DNA of 63,292 nt, counting the filler, from Chiloscyllium plagiosum (lineage: Eukaryota): assembly GCF_004010195.1 (NCBI RefSeq). It is 4 parts of one record of this genome, joined end to end, with 100 filler letters (N's around TTAATTAATTAA, not from the genome) between each part and the next. Parts side by side here need not be neighbours in the genome. Positions count along the whole stretch, not along the records: positions 18,271 to 40,922 come from NC_057714.1; positions 41,023 to 59,497 come from NC_057714.1; 2 more parts are not named here. One strand, 5' to 3'. A program made the translations under genes and the position numbers. Positions 38,691 to 52,559 of the stretch are shown piece by piece. Under the pieces are notes generated by a model that ran no database searches, was not told the DNA's origin, and saw only the letters and a program-made list of their open reading frames with translations. How positions within the stretch are numbered: position 1 is the stretch's first letter; the number at the start of each line of letters is the position of its first letter.

Positions 38691-40319
38691 TCATGAGTGG
38701 TACACTTTGGCTATGTAATGAAACCCAGTGGGGTTAGTCACGCAAATCTCACCTCAAAGAAATGATAGATTTTTCTAAAGATTACACTTCGACTGACGTA
38801 GCAAAGAATCTGACGCAAGTAGCTTCTCATTTGTATCATCATATGCGACAAGCCCACAATGTGATAGTCACATGGTAAAAATACCTATGGAAATGTTAAA
38901 TTACATCACAATGACCAAGTAACATCATCTATTTTCTCCTTAGCTTGCTTTGGAGAGGACAGATTTCAATAAAACACACACATACTGTTAAATTTCCTTC
39001 CTTCTTGTTTGCAGTTCAGAGGCTGGCATTGCACGGAGGTCAGGATTACAGCTTGCTTCCCTGATTATGTGGAATTGCTACACACTTGACCTTTTAGCAA
39101 TGGGAAAAATTAGCAAACTATCATTGTCGGTGTTGATGTACAAGTTTTGATTTGATTTGACTCATTATTGTCAAGTACCAGTGAAAAGGTTTGTGTGCAC
39201 TACAGGCAGATCAGACCTTACAAAATGCATCAATGTAATAGAACAAAACAAAGAATACAATGTTAACGGCTGCAGAGAAAGTGCACAAAGAGCAAGATGA
39301 ACATCTATATTTAAAAAGCTGAGAGGTCTATTCAGAAGTCTAATAACAGTGGGGAAGAAGCTGTTCTTGAATCTGTTGGGACATGTGTTTAAGCTTTTGT
39401 ATCATTTGCCCGATGGAGGAGGGTGGAAGAGATTAATGTAACGTTGGTGTACATCACAGTTTATAATCAAGATATATTTTTGTTCATTGCACAGTGATCA
39501 CAGAGAAGAAGCCCAAACTAGTTGAATGCTAGATAAGTTATTTTCTCGAAACAGGAATGTTCCTCCTGGACCTATAAAGAGAAATCACAGTTGCTGTTGT
39601 CCTTCCTGGTGATAGCAACCGCCTTACCTACACTTACCTTACTGTCAACTATGGACTGGGGCCAAATGTTTCTGATTGCTCTCTTCAGAATGTATACCTC
39701 CCCATTTACAAAGTATAAGAGTAACAGAAATATGTCAAGAGACGATTTACTAATTTTATAATTTTGTCAATTTAAATTAGTAAGTAACACATTGAAGTGA
39801 ATAAGTTAACTGTTATGCCAAAAAACTATCAAAAGATATAATGCAAATCCAATAGAATCCAATTAGATATTCTTCAACAGTTATGAATAACATCTAAGAA
39901 TAGAAAATCCATCAACATCAGTTTTACCTTATGGCCCCAGATAAGTAAGATATTTCTCCCAGTGAGAAAAAAGTACCTTTTAAGAGATTGTGTGACACAA
40001 GTACTAGGTGGTGGCTTTCTCATACAGGGGAGAACATAATCATTGGCCCAGATGCTCAACGGCAGCATCATCAATGAATTCCCCAGTATCAAAATCCTGA
40101 GGGATATCATAAACTAGAAACTGAACTGACTAGCCATAGAAATACTGTGGCTACATTAGTTGGTCAGAGACTAGAACTCTGTGGCAAGGATATCACTTTC
40201 TATCTCCTTAATCCCTGTTCATCATTCACAAGGTACATCAGGAGGGTGACAGAATACTCTGCACCTGCGTGGATGGGTGCAGTTCCAACAACACTCCAGA
40301 AGCTTGACACCATCCAGGA

Positions 40320-41287
40320 CCCAACCAGGACAACCAGTACCTACTACAAATCTGAAGCCTCCAGCAACAGGCCTCCCTTCGGATCCTCCGCTCCACACTT
40401 GCAGCCATGCGCCGCTACCTACATTCCCTGCAATTAGACCTACCCCATCTCAGGACAACACTCTCTCAGACCTGCAAAGGACCTCTACTGTTCTTCATCC
40501 ACAGAAGAATCCATACACTAAACAAACAGTTCTTCCTAGCCAAATCGGAAATTAAAGACAGTAAGTACCAAAAACTTTCATGTACTTACCCCCACACTCT
40601 GGGTTCCTCAACTGTTCCAGAATCTTTCATCGGCCTCCAAAATCGTTCTGGCGCCATTAACCATGCATCTGCTACAATGCCCGCGGCAACGACCGCCGCC
40701 GCGGACCATGACGTTACTTCCGCCCCCACCGACCTCGCAGCCTCCGCGATCGCCGCCCAGACAACCGCCTCCACGATCGCCAGGAAGACCATCGCCGACA
40801 GATTCGCGGCCCCCGCGGATATCGGGAATAACACTGTCTCGGTCGTCGCCACAGCCACTTCCGCCCCTTGGGCTGCCGCCGCCGCAGCCGCTTCCGCCCC
40901 CAGTGACATCACTAACCTGCACNNNNNNNNNNNNNNNNNNNNNNNNNNNNNNNNNNNNNNNNNNNNTTAATTAATTAANNNNNNNNNNNNNNNNNNNNNN
41001 NNNNNNNNNNNNNNNNNNNNNNCGGACTTGTCCGACCTGCCTAGCTCCTTTTCCACCTATCCACTCCACCCTCTCCTCCCTGACCTATCACCTTCATCTC
41101 CTCCCCCACTCACCCATTGTACTCTATGCTACTCTCTCCCCACCCCCACCCTCCCCTAGCTTATCTCTCCACGCTTCGGCCTCTCTGCCTTTATTCCTGA
41201 TGAAGGCCTTTTGCCCGAAACATCGATTTCGCTGCTCGTTGGATGCTGCCTGAATTGCTGTGCTCTTCCAGCACCACTGATCCAGCA
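40320..41287 (+). mobile_element. PLE pieces on both sides of an artificial gap: probable ORF N-terminal region with CpG-rich Ala/Thr linker (40320-40922) and 3' terminal repeat (41023-41287)
   Basis: ILRSTLAAMRR(Y/H)L motif is shared with the PLE piece at 59598-59900(-); hammerhead-like core at 41197-41224. Confidence 0.65.
41197..41224 (+). ncRNA. Hammerhead-like motif, family A, partly decayed
   Basis: CTGATGA-A-GGCC(TTTT)GCCC-GAAA-C-ATC at the 3' end of a PLE. Other decayed family-A cores are at 9802-9829(-), 47470-47497(-) and 50813-50840(+). Confidence 0.55.
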
Positions 41288-41289
41288 CC

Positions 41290-44200
41290 TTCCCTACCCT
41301 GAGTGACTGCTGTGTGCTCTGTTTAACATAAACGTGGCTCACTCCTGCCAAACCTGACTATGCCTTACAACCTGAAGGTTTCTCTATATATCACGTGGCA
41401 TCCTTGGGTAAGATAAGGGACTGTGAGTCTGATTCCTAATCAATATCTCTTGGTGTTCAGACGTGGCGACCCTGGTGAGTTAATGCTCCCTGGACCTTGA
41501 GTATCTCACAATAAATGCTCTCCTGACCACTTGCCATACAAGTTCACCTTCACAATCCTGACAGCAGTCTACATAACATCCCAGACAGAAGTGAAGAATG
41601 CTCTGGATGAAATTTACACAGCCACAAATGCACTTGAGATGGAATATCCCGAGGCCCTTATTCATTGTAGCCGGTGACTTCATCCAGGCCAAGTGGGTGC
41701 TACCAAAATACCATCAACAAGTCTCCTCTTCCACCGGGGGCCAAACATCCTTGATCATTGCTACATGACCAGCAAAGTTGTCTATTACTCCATACCTCAT
41801 ATTCATTTTGGAAAATCAGATCTCAACATTGTGTTCCTCCTCCTAGCTTACAAGCAGAAACTGAAATGTGAGGACCCAGGACAGAAAGTAGTCCAGTGCT
41901 GGACTCAGGCAGTGGAAGAGCTTCTGTGGAACTGCCTGGAATTGGTGGATTGGTCCATATTCAAGAATTCAGTGGTCAACTGAGATAAGTATGCCACGAT
42001 GTCACGGACTTCATTGGCAAGAGTGTAGAGGACTGCGTGCTGAAAAAGTCAATCCATATGTTCTCCAACCAGAAACCATGGATGAACCAAGAAATCCATT
42101 GCACACCTGGTCTTCAGTGGGCAGTGTTCAAGTTAGGAAAAGGAATTTGTGGAATGTCTATGAGATGGCCTTTTGGAGCAGCTTTTGGTGGAGCCCACTA
42201 GACAACAGGCAATACTGGATTTAGAGTTGTGCAGTGATGCAGACTTGGTAAGGGAGCTTAAGGTGAAGAAACCGAAGAAAGTGATCATAATATGATTGAA
42301 ATTAATCTGCAATTTGAGAGGGAGAAGATAGAATCAGAGGTAACGGTGTTATAGCTGAATAAAGGCAACTATAGAGGCATGAGGTGGTGCTGAATTGACT
42401 GGAAGAGGAGCTGAGCAGGAAGGACAGTGGAACAGCTATGGCAGGGGTTTCTAGGAGTAATTCAGGAGATACAGCTGAGATTCATCCTGAAAAAAAATAA
42501 GCAAGGTACAGGGAGGATAAGACAACCAGGGCTGACTAGGAAAGTCAGGGATAGCAAAAAGCAAAAGAGAAAGTATATAATGTGGTGAAGGACAGTGGAC
42601 ACTAGAATGATTGGGAAACTTACAAAGACCAACAGAGGGCAACATAAAAAACAAAAGAAGGAAAAGATTAAACATGAGAGTAAGTTAGCCAGTAGTATAA
42701 AGTAAGTGTTTCTTTAGATATATAAAGGGCCAAAGAGATGCAAAACAGGACTTTGGACCACTGGAAAAGGACATTGGAGAGATAGTAATGGGGAACAAGG
42801 AAATAGCTGAGGAACTGAATAATTACTTCATGTCAGTCTTCATGGTGGAAGACATGAGTAATATGCCAAAAATTCAAGAGAGTGAGGGGGCAGAGCTGAA
42901 TGAGGTGGCCTTCAAGGAGAAGGTGCTGGAAAAACTAAATGGCCTGAAAGTGGATAAATCACTCGGACCAAATGGATTACTCCTCAGAGATCTAAGGGAG
43001 ATAGCTGAAGAGATGGTGGAGGTATTAGTGGTGATCTTTCAGGAATTGCTAGAATCAGGAAGGTCCCAGAGGACTGGAAAATTGCGAATGTGACACACCT
43101 GTTTAAAAAGGGAGTAAGGCAAAAGACAGAAAATGACAAACCAATTAGCCTCAGCTTGGTCATGGATAAGATCCTGGAATCCATTATGAAGGATGAGATT
43201 TCTGAATACTTGGAAGTGTATGGTAAAATAGGGCAACATCAATATGGTTTCATCAGGGGGAGGCCATGCCTGACAAATCTGCAAGAATTCTTTGAGGAAG
43301 TAACAAGCAGGTTAGTCCAAGGAGAGTCAATAACTATTATCTACCTAGATTTCAAGGAGGCTGATGAGTAAGGTAAGGGCCTATTGTGTCAGAGCCAACA
43401 TACTAGCATGGATAGAAGCTTGGCTATCTGGCAGAAAGCAGGAATTGGGGATAAAAGGGCCCTTCTGGGATGGCAGCTGGTGACTAGTGCTGTTCCGCAA
43501 GGCTCAGTGTTAGGACTACAACTTTTCGACTACAACATTCTGGCTACGTTTGCAGACGATTCAAAGAAAGATAGACGGACAGGTAGCATTTTCTAAATGG
43601 GAAGAAAATTCTGAAGTCTGAAGTGCAAAGAGATTTGGGAGTTCTAGTCCAGGATTCTCTCAAGGTAGGAGAAAGTGAGGTCTGCAGATGCTGGAGATCA
43701 AAGTTGAAACTTTATTGCTGGAACAGCACAGCAGGTCAGGCAGCANNNNNNNNNNNNNNNNNNNNNNNNNNNNNNNNNNNNNNNNNNNNNNNNNNNNNNN
43801 NNNNNNNNNNNNNNNNNNNNNNNNNNNNNNNNNNNNNNNNNNNNNNNNNNNNNNNNNNNNNNNNNNNNNNNNNNNNNNNNNNNNNNNNNNNNNNNNNNNN
43901 NNNNTTGGAGAGTTGGATCTAGGCTAAGGTGGCGGGGAGGGGTGATGAGGGAAACTGGTGAAATCTACACAATACTGTATGGCCTGAACAGACTAGATAT
44001 TTGGAAGATGTTTACGTTGGGAGGAGAGACTAGGACCCAAAGGCATAGCCTTAGAGTAAAGGAAAAACCTTTTAGAACGGAGATAAGGGGAAACTTCTTC
44101 AGCTAGAGAGTGATAAATCTATGGACTTCAATGCCACAGAAGGCTGTGGAGGCCAGGTCACTGAGTATATTTAAGACTGAAATAGATAGGTTCTTGTAGA

Positions 44201-46420
44201 TCAAGAGTTACAGGGAGAAAACAGGAGAATGGGGTTGAGAAACTTATCAGCCATGGTTGAATAGCGGAGCAGACCTGATGGGCTGAATAGCCTAATTTCT
44301 GCTCCTATGTTTTATGGTCAAATGACCCGGACCTTTACAGGAAATCAAGGTGCGACACCCATTAGGCCATTAAAGATGTCAAAAGGCAATACAAATTAAG
44401 TTAGAGACCCAAAATAACCACACGGATACCCACTGTCTGTGGCAATACATACACGATATTATGGGCTACAAAATGAAGAACAGAATAGCAGACAAAGATA
44501 CATCCCTCCCTTAACTGGTCAATGCTTTTTACACTTATTTTGAACTGAAGGTCAGTGTCACCTGCCCAATAGCCTCGGGTGCACTTGCTCCCTCAGTCAC
44601 TGCAACTGACGTCAGATTGGCCTTCTTGGGAATGAACCCATGGAAACCAACTGGCCCAGATTCTGTGCAGACCGGTTTGCGGGAGAATTTGCAGACATCT
44701 TTAACCTCCTCTTTCTACAATCTGAAGTCCCCAGCTGCTTCAAGAAGACCACCATCATTCCGGTACCAAGGATTGCAGAAGCAACGTGCCGCAATGACTA
44801 CCGCCCAGCAGCTCTGACCTCCCTAATTACGAAGTGCTTCAAGAGGTTAGTCATGGCTCACCTCAACTCCAACCTCCCAGTCTACCTCAATCCCTTGCAA
44901 TCTCTCTACCAAGACAATGGGTCCATGGCGGATGCCATTTCCCTAGTGCTACATGCATCCCTGGACTTTCTGGATAATAAAGATACCTATGTCAGGCTTC
45001 TACTTAATGACAAGGAGAAAGTGAAGACTACAGATGCTGGAGATCAGAGCTGATAAAAGGTAGGGAGGAGGGACTTGGGGGAGGGGCGTTGGGAATGCGA
45101 CAGTGGAAGGAGGTTAAGGTGAGGGTGATAGGCCGGAGGGGGGGGTGGGGGCGGGAAGAAGATTGCAGGTCAAGAAAGCGGTGCTGAGTCCGAGGATTGG
45201 GACTGAGATAAGGTGGGGGGATGGAAAATGAGGAAGCTGGAGAAATCTGCATTCATCCCCTGTGGTTGGAGGGTTCCTAGGCGGAAGATGAGGTGCTCTT
45301 CCTCCAGGTGTTGTGTTGCCATGGTCTGGCGATGGAGGCGGCGAAGGACTACTTAATGACTACAGCATAATCCCAACCAAACTAATCTCCAAACTCTAAG
45401 ACCTAGATCTTTGCTCAACTTTCTGCAATTGGATCCTCAGCTTCCTGACCCACAGACCGCAATCAGTGAAGATTGACAACAGCACCTCAACACCGCAAGG
45501 ATGTGTACTCAGCCCCCTACTGTACTCCCTGTATACTCACCACTGTGTGGCCAAATTTCGTCTGAACTCCATCTACAAGCTCACCAATAACACTACCATT
45601 GTAGGCCGGATTTTAAACAAAGATGAGACAGAATACAGAAAGGAGACAGCATGTTTGGTGAAGTGGTTCTAGGATAACAATATCTCCCTCAATGCTAGCA
45701 AAACTAAAAAACTAATCATCAACTTCAGGAAGGAGAAAGGCACACCACTATTTACATCATGGAGCTGAAGAAGAGATGGTCGAGAGCATCAAGTTCCTAA
45801 GAGTAACCAACAATCTGTCTGGGACTTGCCACATTGATGAGATGGTCAAGAAGGCACAACAACACCAATTCTTCCTCAGGAGGCTAATAAAATTTGGCAT
45901 GTCCATAAGGACCCTCACCAACCTTTACACATGCACCATAGAAAGCATACTGTCTGGATGCATTATGGTTTGGTACAGCAACTGTTCTGCTCAGGACCTT
46001 AAGAAACTACACAGGGTTGTGAACGTAGCCCAGTCCATCACACAAATCTACCTTCCATTCATTGACTCCATCTACAGTTCTCATTGCCAAGGAAAGACAG
46101 CCAACATCATCCAAGACGCCTCCTACCTCAGTTAAAATATTCCAATGTCTTCCATCAGACAGAAGACACAGAAACTTAAACACATGCACCAACAGGTTCA
46201 AAAACAGCTTTTTCCTACTGTTAATAGACTTCTGAATGGACCTTTCAAATTTCAAATCTAATGTTGATCTTGCTTTTTGTGCATTTTCTTTGCAGCTTTG
46301 TATTCCTTACTCTATTAAATCACCTTATGATCTTCGTATATTATAATCTACCTGTATTGCATAGAAAACAAAATTTTTCACTGTACCTAGGTACATGTGC
46401 CAATAAATCATCAAATCATT
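41290..46420 (+). mobile_element. Rex1/Babar-like LINE split by a CR1 (about 42120-44320) and a PLE fragment (45012-45348, 12-bp TSD ctacttaatgac)
   Basis: HFGKSD...[61 protein letters not shown] at 45000-45011 and 45349-45360. Confidence 0.85.
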
Positions 46421-47378
46421 GCTGAGCACTACCATCCAGAAGGTGAAGGTCAGCAGGTGTATGGGAACACTGCAAATGCCCCCCAATCCACATTCCATTC
46501 AGAGGTGCAAATGCACTGCTGTTCCTACATCATGGATGGACCAATACTGCCTTTCAAGCAGTACTTTAGGAATACATGTGTTGCTGTGGTTCATCATAGA
46601 TTTTTCAATGAAAATTGGGGATGAACAGCAAATGCCAGTACTGTCAGCAAAGTCCAAACTTTGTCAATGAATAAAAACATTTGCAATGCATCCCTTAGAT
46701 GAGAAGATTAAGGGATTATGATTGGAGCTCATAATTATGAAGGGAATTTGTAGGAAATGACTTCTCTTTCTAGTGGAGGATTCAGCAGAAACATACACCT
46801 GAAATTAGAAAGAAGCTGGAGAAAAGCAAATCCTGGAAAAAATCCCTTTGCCCAAATACTGACAAGAATGTGTAATCCAGTGTTCCGGAAAACCGGAGCT
46901 GCAGAATCAAATGAGCTGTTAAAAAGGTGCTAGGATTAACTGAGTAGCAAATATTTTGAGGGATAAAGAGACAGAGCAGAGAACTGTTTAAAATGTTTTA
47001 ACTGGACTGCAGCAGTTAAAGAAGGCAGCTCCCTACCAACTTCTCAAGGGCAACTCGGGACGGGCAATAAATACTGACCTAAACAATGATGCCCATATCC
47101 CGTGAATGAATTAGAAAAAACAAATGGCAGTACTGTCTGGACTACACTACTGCATAGTGAGATGCTACTGGACTCTAATCCAGAGACATTAGCAGCTGGA
47201 GATATAAATTCAGTTAATTAATTGAAGAAATCGGAATTAGAAAATGCCTATATCAGTGATGCCAAATGCATAGTTGCAAAAAGCTACCTGGTTCACTCAT
47301 TAGGGAAGGAAATTTGCTAACCACACCCTGTGCAAATTAACCACGGTGCGGTTGAATCTTAACTGCCCTGTGAAATGG

Positions 47379-48690
47379 GAGAAAATGAGCACTGCAGACG
47401 CTGGGGAGCAGAGAGTGTGGTGCTGGAAAAGCACAGCAGGTCAGGCAGCATCTGAGGAGCTGGAGAATTGACATTTTGGGCATAAGCCCTTCATCAGGAA
47501 CGAGGCTTGTGGGCTGGCGGAATGAAAGATAAATGGGAGAGGGCTGGGACTGGGGAGAAGATAGCTGAGAATGCAATAGGTAGATGAAGGTGGGGAGGTG
47601 GTGATAAGTTGGAGAGGAGGGTGGAGCGGATAGATGGGAAAGACGATGGACAGGTCAAGAGGGCAGTGCCGAGTTGGAGACTTGGGACTAGGATAAGGTG
47701 AGGGGAGGGGAAATGAGGAAACTGGCGAAATCCCCATTAATCCCATGTTGTTGCAGGGTCCCAAGGCAGAAAATGAAGCATTCATCCTCCAGGTGTCGGT
47801 TGGTTAGAGTTTGGCATTGGAGGAGGCCTAGGACCTGCGTGTCCTTGATAGAGTGGGAGGCGGAGTTGAAATGTTCAGCCACGGGGCAGTGGGGTTGGTT
47901 GGTGTGGATGTCCCAGAGATAATCTGTGAAACAATCCGCAAGTTGGCGTCTTGTCTCCCCAATGTAGAGAAGACCACATCGGGGGCAATGGATACAGTAG
48001 ATGATGTGTGTGGAGGTACAGGTAAATTTCTGTCGTATGAGGGAGGATCCTTTGGGGCCTTGGATGGAGGTGAGGGGGGAGGTATAGGGGCAGGTTTCAC
48101 ACTTCTTGCGGTGGTGGGGGAAGGTGCTGGGAGTGGGATGAGGGCTGGTGGGGGGGAGTGGATCTGACAAGGGAGTCACGGAGGGAATGATCTCTGAAAT
48201 GCTGATAGGGGTGGGAGGGAATATATCCCAAGTGGTGAGATCGGTTTGTAGGTGGCGGAAGTGGTGAAGGATCTATACTGAGGTTGGTGTGGTGAAAGGT
48301 GAGGACCGGGGAGGGCTTCTGTCCTTGTTGCGTTGGGTAGGGTGGAGGTGTGGAGAGTGGAGGAATTGCGGCAAAGGCGGAAGAATTGGGAATAATTGAT
48401 GACGTTTTTACAGGAGGCAGGGTGGGAGATGGTGTCATGTAGGTAGCTGTGGGTGTCTCTGGTAACCAACTAAACATGGACATCTACTACAAACCCACGG
48501 ACTCCACCACATCTGTTCCCAGGATGACCAATTCCACCATAGAAAATCTCAGGTGGCCTCCTTCTTCAAAGACCACAATTTCCCCTCCCACGTGGTTGAC
48601 AATGCCATCCAGCATTGCCTGAAAAGTCAATTCTCCTGCTCCTCAGATGCAACCTGACCTGCTGTGCTTTTCCAGCAACACTTTCGACTC
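47379..48690 (-). mobile_element. Penelope-like element with GIY-YIG endonuclease and inverted terminal structure, inserted in a SINE
   Basis: ORF 47688-48179 IIYCIHCPRCGLLYIGETRRQL...PVAEHFNS; DIYYKPTDS on plus; oppositely oriented terminal repeats at both ends. Confidence 0.88.
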
Positions 48691-48779
48691 TGCCCTCAGA
48701 TATAGCCTAGCGAGCCATGCGTAGATATTAAATGTAAGTATAAAAACACATAGATATTAAATATAATCCTAAGCATATA

Positions 48780-49400
48780 AGGTGCAAGTGTATAAAATTA
48801 ACCGATTCGAGTCTGTATTGCCATTCAATTCGATCACAGCTGATCTCAACGTGGCCTCAACTCCATTTTCCTGCCCGCTTTCCATAATCCTTCAACCAAT
48901 ATTAATTAAAAACCTGTCTTTCTCCTCCTTCACTCTACTCAATGTCCCAACATCCACTACACTCTAGGCAAATGAATTCCACAGAATAACGACCCTTTGA
49001 GAGATGTAATTTCTCATCCCTGTTAGAAGTCTGCCACCCCTAATTCTAAGACTATGACATCTCTTTCTAGATTGCCCCACATGAGGAAACATCCTCTCTA
49101 TGTCTACTTTGTCAATCCTCTTTAGCATTGCAGCTCCTCTCATTCTTCCCAGCTTCAAAGAATATAAGCCTAAACTGCTTAATCTCTCTTCGTAAGACTA
49201 ACTCCTCACACCTCTGGAATCCAATGAATTTCCTCTGAACTGCCTCCAATGCAATTACATCCCTCCTCAAGTAAGGGGACCAAAGTGAATACAATACTCC
49301 AGGTGCACTCTCACGAAAGCCTTGCATTAATTGCAGCAACATTTCATTACTTTTATACTCTAGTCCTCTAGCAATAAAAGCCAACATTCCATTTGCCTTA
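48780..49400 (-). mobile_element. CR1 3' fragment
   Basis: KANGMLAFIARGLEYKS, LEAVQRKF, SQRVVILWNS motifs. Confidence 0.8.
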
Positions 49401-50869
49401 CCAGGAATATACAACTCTATAAATAGAATATAAATTAAATTAACATAAAAATGACAGAACAAGTATAAAAGGAAAAACAAATGGCTGCTGATATACATCG
49501 ATATCCTGGCACTTGCAAGAATTCTACTGTTATGAAATAGCATATCCAGAATGACACTGTGACAGATTTTTGAGTGGAGATCCCAGCCATGGGAAGTGAA
49601 AATAAATTCTGGAGGCTCATATTCTCACCAGTTTAACTGAAAAACAAACTTATGCACTTGTTTAGTGAGCAAGTATTTAAACAAAACCCCTTGAGGTGTT
49701 GGTCTACCATAACAGAACCATCTGACAACTGAGAAGAACTCAGCACAGTCATAGCTGAATGATTTAAGAGGCAGTAGTCTTGGGCACTTGGAAACCTGCA
49801 GCAAGGATTGTGCCTGGAGATGATGGCAACGGTCATACTAATGGGCAGCATCCCACAGGCCTGAGGGAACAGAGCATTTCAGATGGTAGCTGTCATTTTC
49901 ATTCAGGCATACTGATGTCAAATGATCAGTACAGTAACAAATGCTACTATAATCATTTTTCATATTACTGGGGCTAAATCACACAGTGAAAAATAAAAGG
50001 ATGGTGCCTTTGCAAACTCAGGACCTTTCAAAGCACTTTACAAACAAAATGAAGTGCAGGCTTTGTATTTGCCTCTTTTGAGGCGCCACTGGGAAGGTGG
50101 CAGGAAAGGCAAATAATTGGACTGGTTAGCACTAGAGAGATATTCACCCATTCTCCAGTCAAGTTCGACCATCCTGAACCATTGCAAGCTAAAGTCCTTA
50201 AATGGTCAATAATGAAATGTGGTGTCTTCATGGCAGCCTGTCCGACAGGTAGGGAGCAGGGAAGTTTCCATTTGCTTCAACCTGGCAGCAACTGGGGAGG
50301 CACAGGGGGAGGGCACCACTGAAAGCCACCACTCTGCTCTTGCCTCTGAACCCACTTCCTCAGCGACCTCAATTCCCCTGAAAGTAACATTGCCCTTCTC
50401 AGTGCAGTGGATGTCATGGCAATGCAGCATGGCCCCCCCACAGTGACACCGTCCAGCCCTTCCTGACTGATGGCCTCTGACTGGCTGACAGGGCATCTCT
50501 AGCAAGGTATCTGATAGGCTGAGAGACCCACCAGTCGGCATTTATGTGCCACCTTAGTGCTAGATCTGCTGAGCTTTCTCACTGGTGAGGTTGGGGGTAA
50601 AGGTTAGTCACCACTAAAGATGTCTGCCTCCACTACTTAGAACAAAAAGAGGTGTGTCACAGCTTTCAATGTTTTAGTAGGGTCAGAGGTGGGGGTAAAA
50701 GAGGGGGAGGTGTGGCATTGCTTGTCAAAGATAGTATTACAGCTGTGGAAAGGACGATGGATGAAGACTCGCCATCTGAGGAGCAGGAAAATCGACGTTT
50801 CGGGCAAAAGCCCTGATGAGGGGCTTTTGACTGAAACATCGACTTTCTCTTTTTTCTTCAGTTAGGTGG

Positions 50870-51380
50870 CTTTGAGTTTTGAGTTCAAGTTCCAAGACAA
50901 GGAGATTGAACACAGAATTTAGGGCTGACACTCCCAGTGCAGTAATGAGATAATGCTACACTGTCAGAAGTGTTGACTTATAGATTGAAAGCTGCTCTCA
51001 GTAACAATGAGGTACCATGAAATACAAACTGCTTTTGTTCTGTTCCATGTGACAAAGATTGTAAAACAGACTTAAAATGTGCAGCATAAAACTATCATCA
51101 ACTGTTGATAAAACCCATCTGGTTTGCTAATGCTCTGAATGGAATAGAATCTGTCATCCTTACCTGGTCTGGACTATTTGTGACTCCAGAGCCACAGTAA
51201 TGTGGTTGACTCATAACTGCCCTCAAGCAACTCAGTTCAAAGGCAATTAGGGATGAGCAACAAATGCTGTCCTTGCTGGCAGTAACCACACCCAATGAGA
51301 AAATAAAAAGCACTTCATTGTCAAATACTTTGGTACAACCTGAGGTTGTAAAAGCTGCTTTATAACTGGAAATCTATTTA
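50870..51380 (+). mobile_element. Deu-domain SINE remnant (SacSINE1/AmnSINE1-related) interrupted by another SINE (about 51090-51305)
   Basis: ggctgacactcccagtgcagtaatgagataatgctacactgtcagaagtg resembles the Deu domain as recalled; a matching tail-like stretch is at 51310-51380. Confidence 0.6.
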
Positions 51381-52559
51381 TTGAATAGGCTGTATTCTGT
51401 ACCACCCCTCCATCTTTGATGTGGCGGGGCACAGATTCATCGCAACCAATATAAAGTAGAAAGCAGCATGCTGCTATGACTTGGCATATTAAGTCACTGC
51501 CAATTTCATAGAGAGAGTCCACAAGGACTGACCATGCAGTGAAGAAATCAAAGTGACATTTTACACAATGACTTTTCAATCTAGAGATTACTGTTGTCAA
51601 CATTAAGAACAGGCTTTTAGCAGTGTGCATGCAATGAGTACAATAACATACTCTATGTAAAACCCTGCCTTTATATTCTGTGGGCAATACATAATTTCCT
51701 CAGCTCATAGCTAAAATTAAAACTTGGCAACTTTGAATAACTTTTGTCAACAACAAAAATAAGCAGCAATGTACAAAAAAGATTAAAATGGTCAAGAGGG
51801 CAGGATGTAGCCTATGATAAAAAGTTCATTTTGAGAATGTTTACAACCTACTCCATATGAAACAGAACAAAAGTCCCTTTTATTTCTTGGAAAAAAACAT
51901 GCTGGTTTTGCAGCACTACGTATGACGTGGAACAATGCAGTCCTCCTGCGGATGGCGTCTCTGACAGACAGATTTTGTGAAGCTGCTGAGGGAGGGGACT
52001 GGGGTGGGGGATTTTGATGTACTGCAAGAATCCATGCTCCCTCCAGGGACCAGCATAAAACACAGGTATGTCAGCTCACTTCCAGAATCATTCAACATTT
52101 TTGAAACATCTCCATTAATGACCGAATGGATTGACGGATGGTGTTTCACAGAATTGAACCACACGGCAAGATTCTACCTTTTGATCACTGGTGCACCAAC
52201 TTCAAGCCTGACCTGAAAAACAGGGACTACAGCTGAACTCTGAATCCTGAGAAAGGGGAAAGGGGGAACTAATCTGTGTGTTTGCCAGGGCACCAACTAA
52301 GTACAGGCTTATGTGAAACCTCCTCAGAGTTCATTGCCATAACAATTATCTGGGATCATTGTTCCAGACTCACAAATACAAAGCAGATTCTACGTAAAGA
52401 ATTTGAATTTGAATTTTGAATTGAATTGAATTGAATTTATTGTCACGTGTACTGAGGCACAGTGAAAAACTTTGTTTTGTGAGCAATACAGGCAGATCAT
52501 ATAGTTAAATAGCATAGATACGTAAATAATAGGTAAACAGCTTCAAAAGCCAAGTAGAA

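Noticed and set aside
40660..40922. CpG island or promoter
   Set aside because: Lies within an Ala/Thr-rich frame continuous with probable PLE ORF sequence; better explained as a young TE not yet CpG-depleted.
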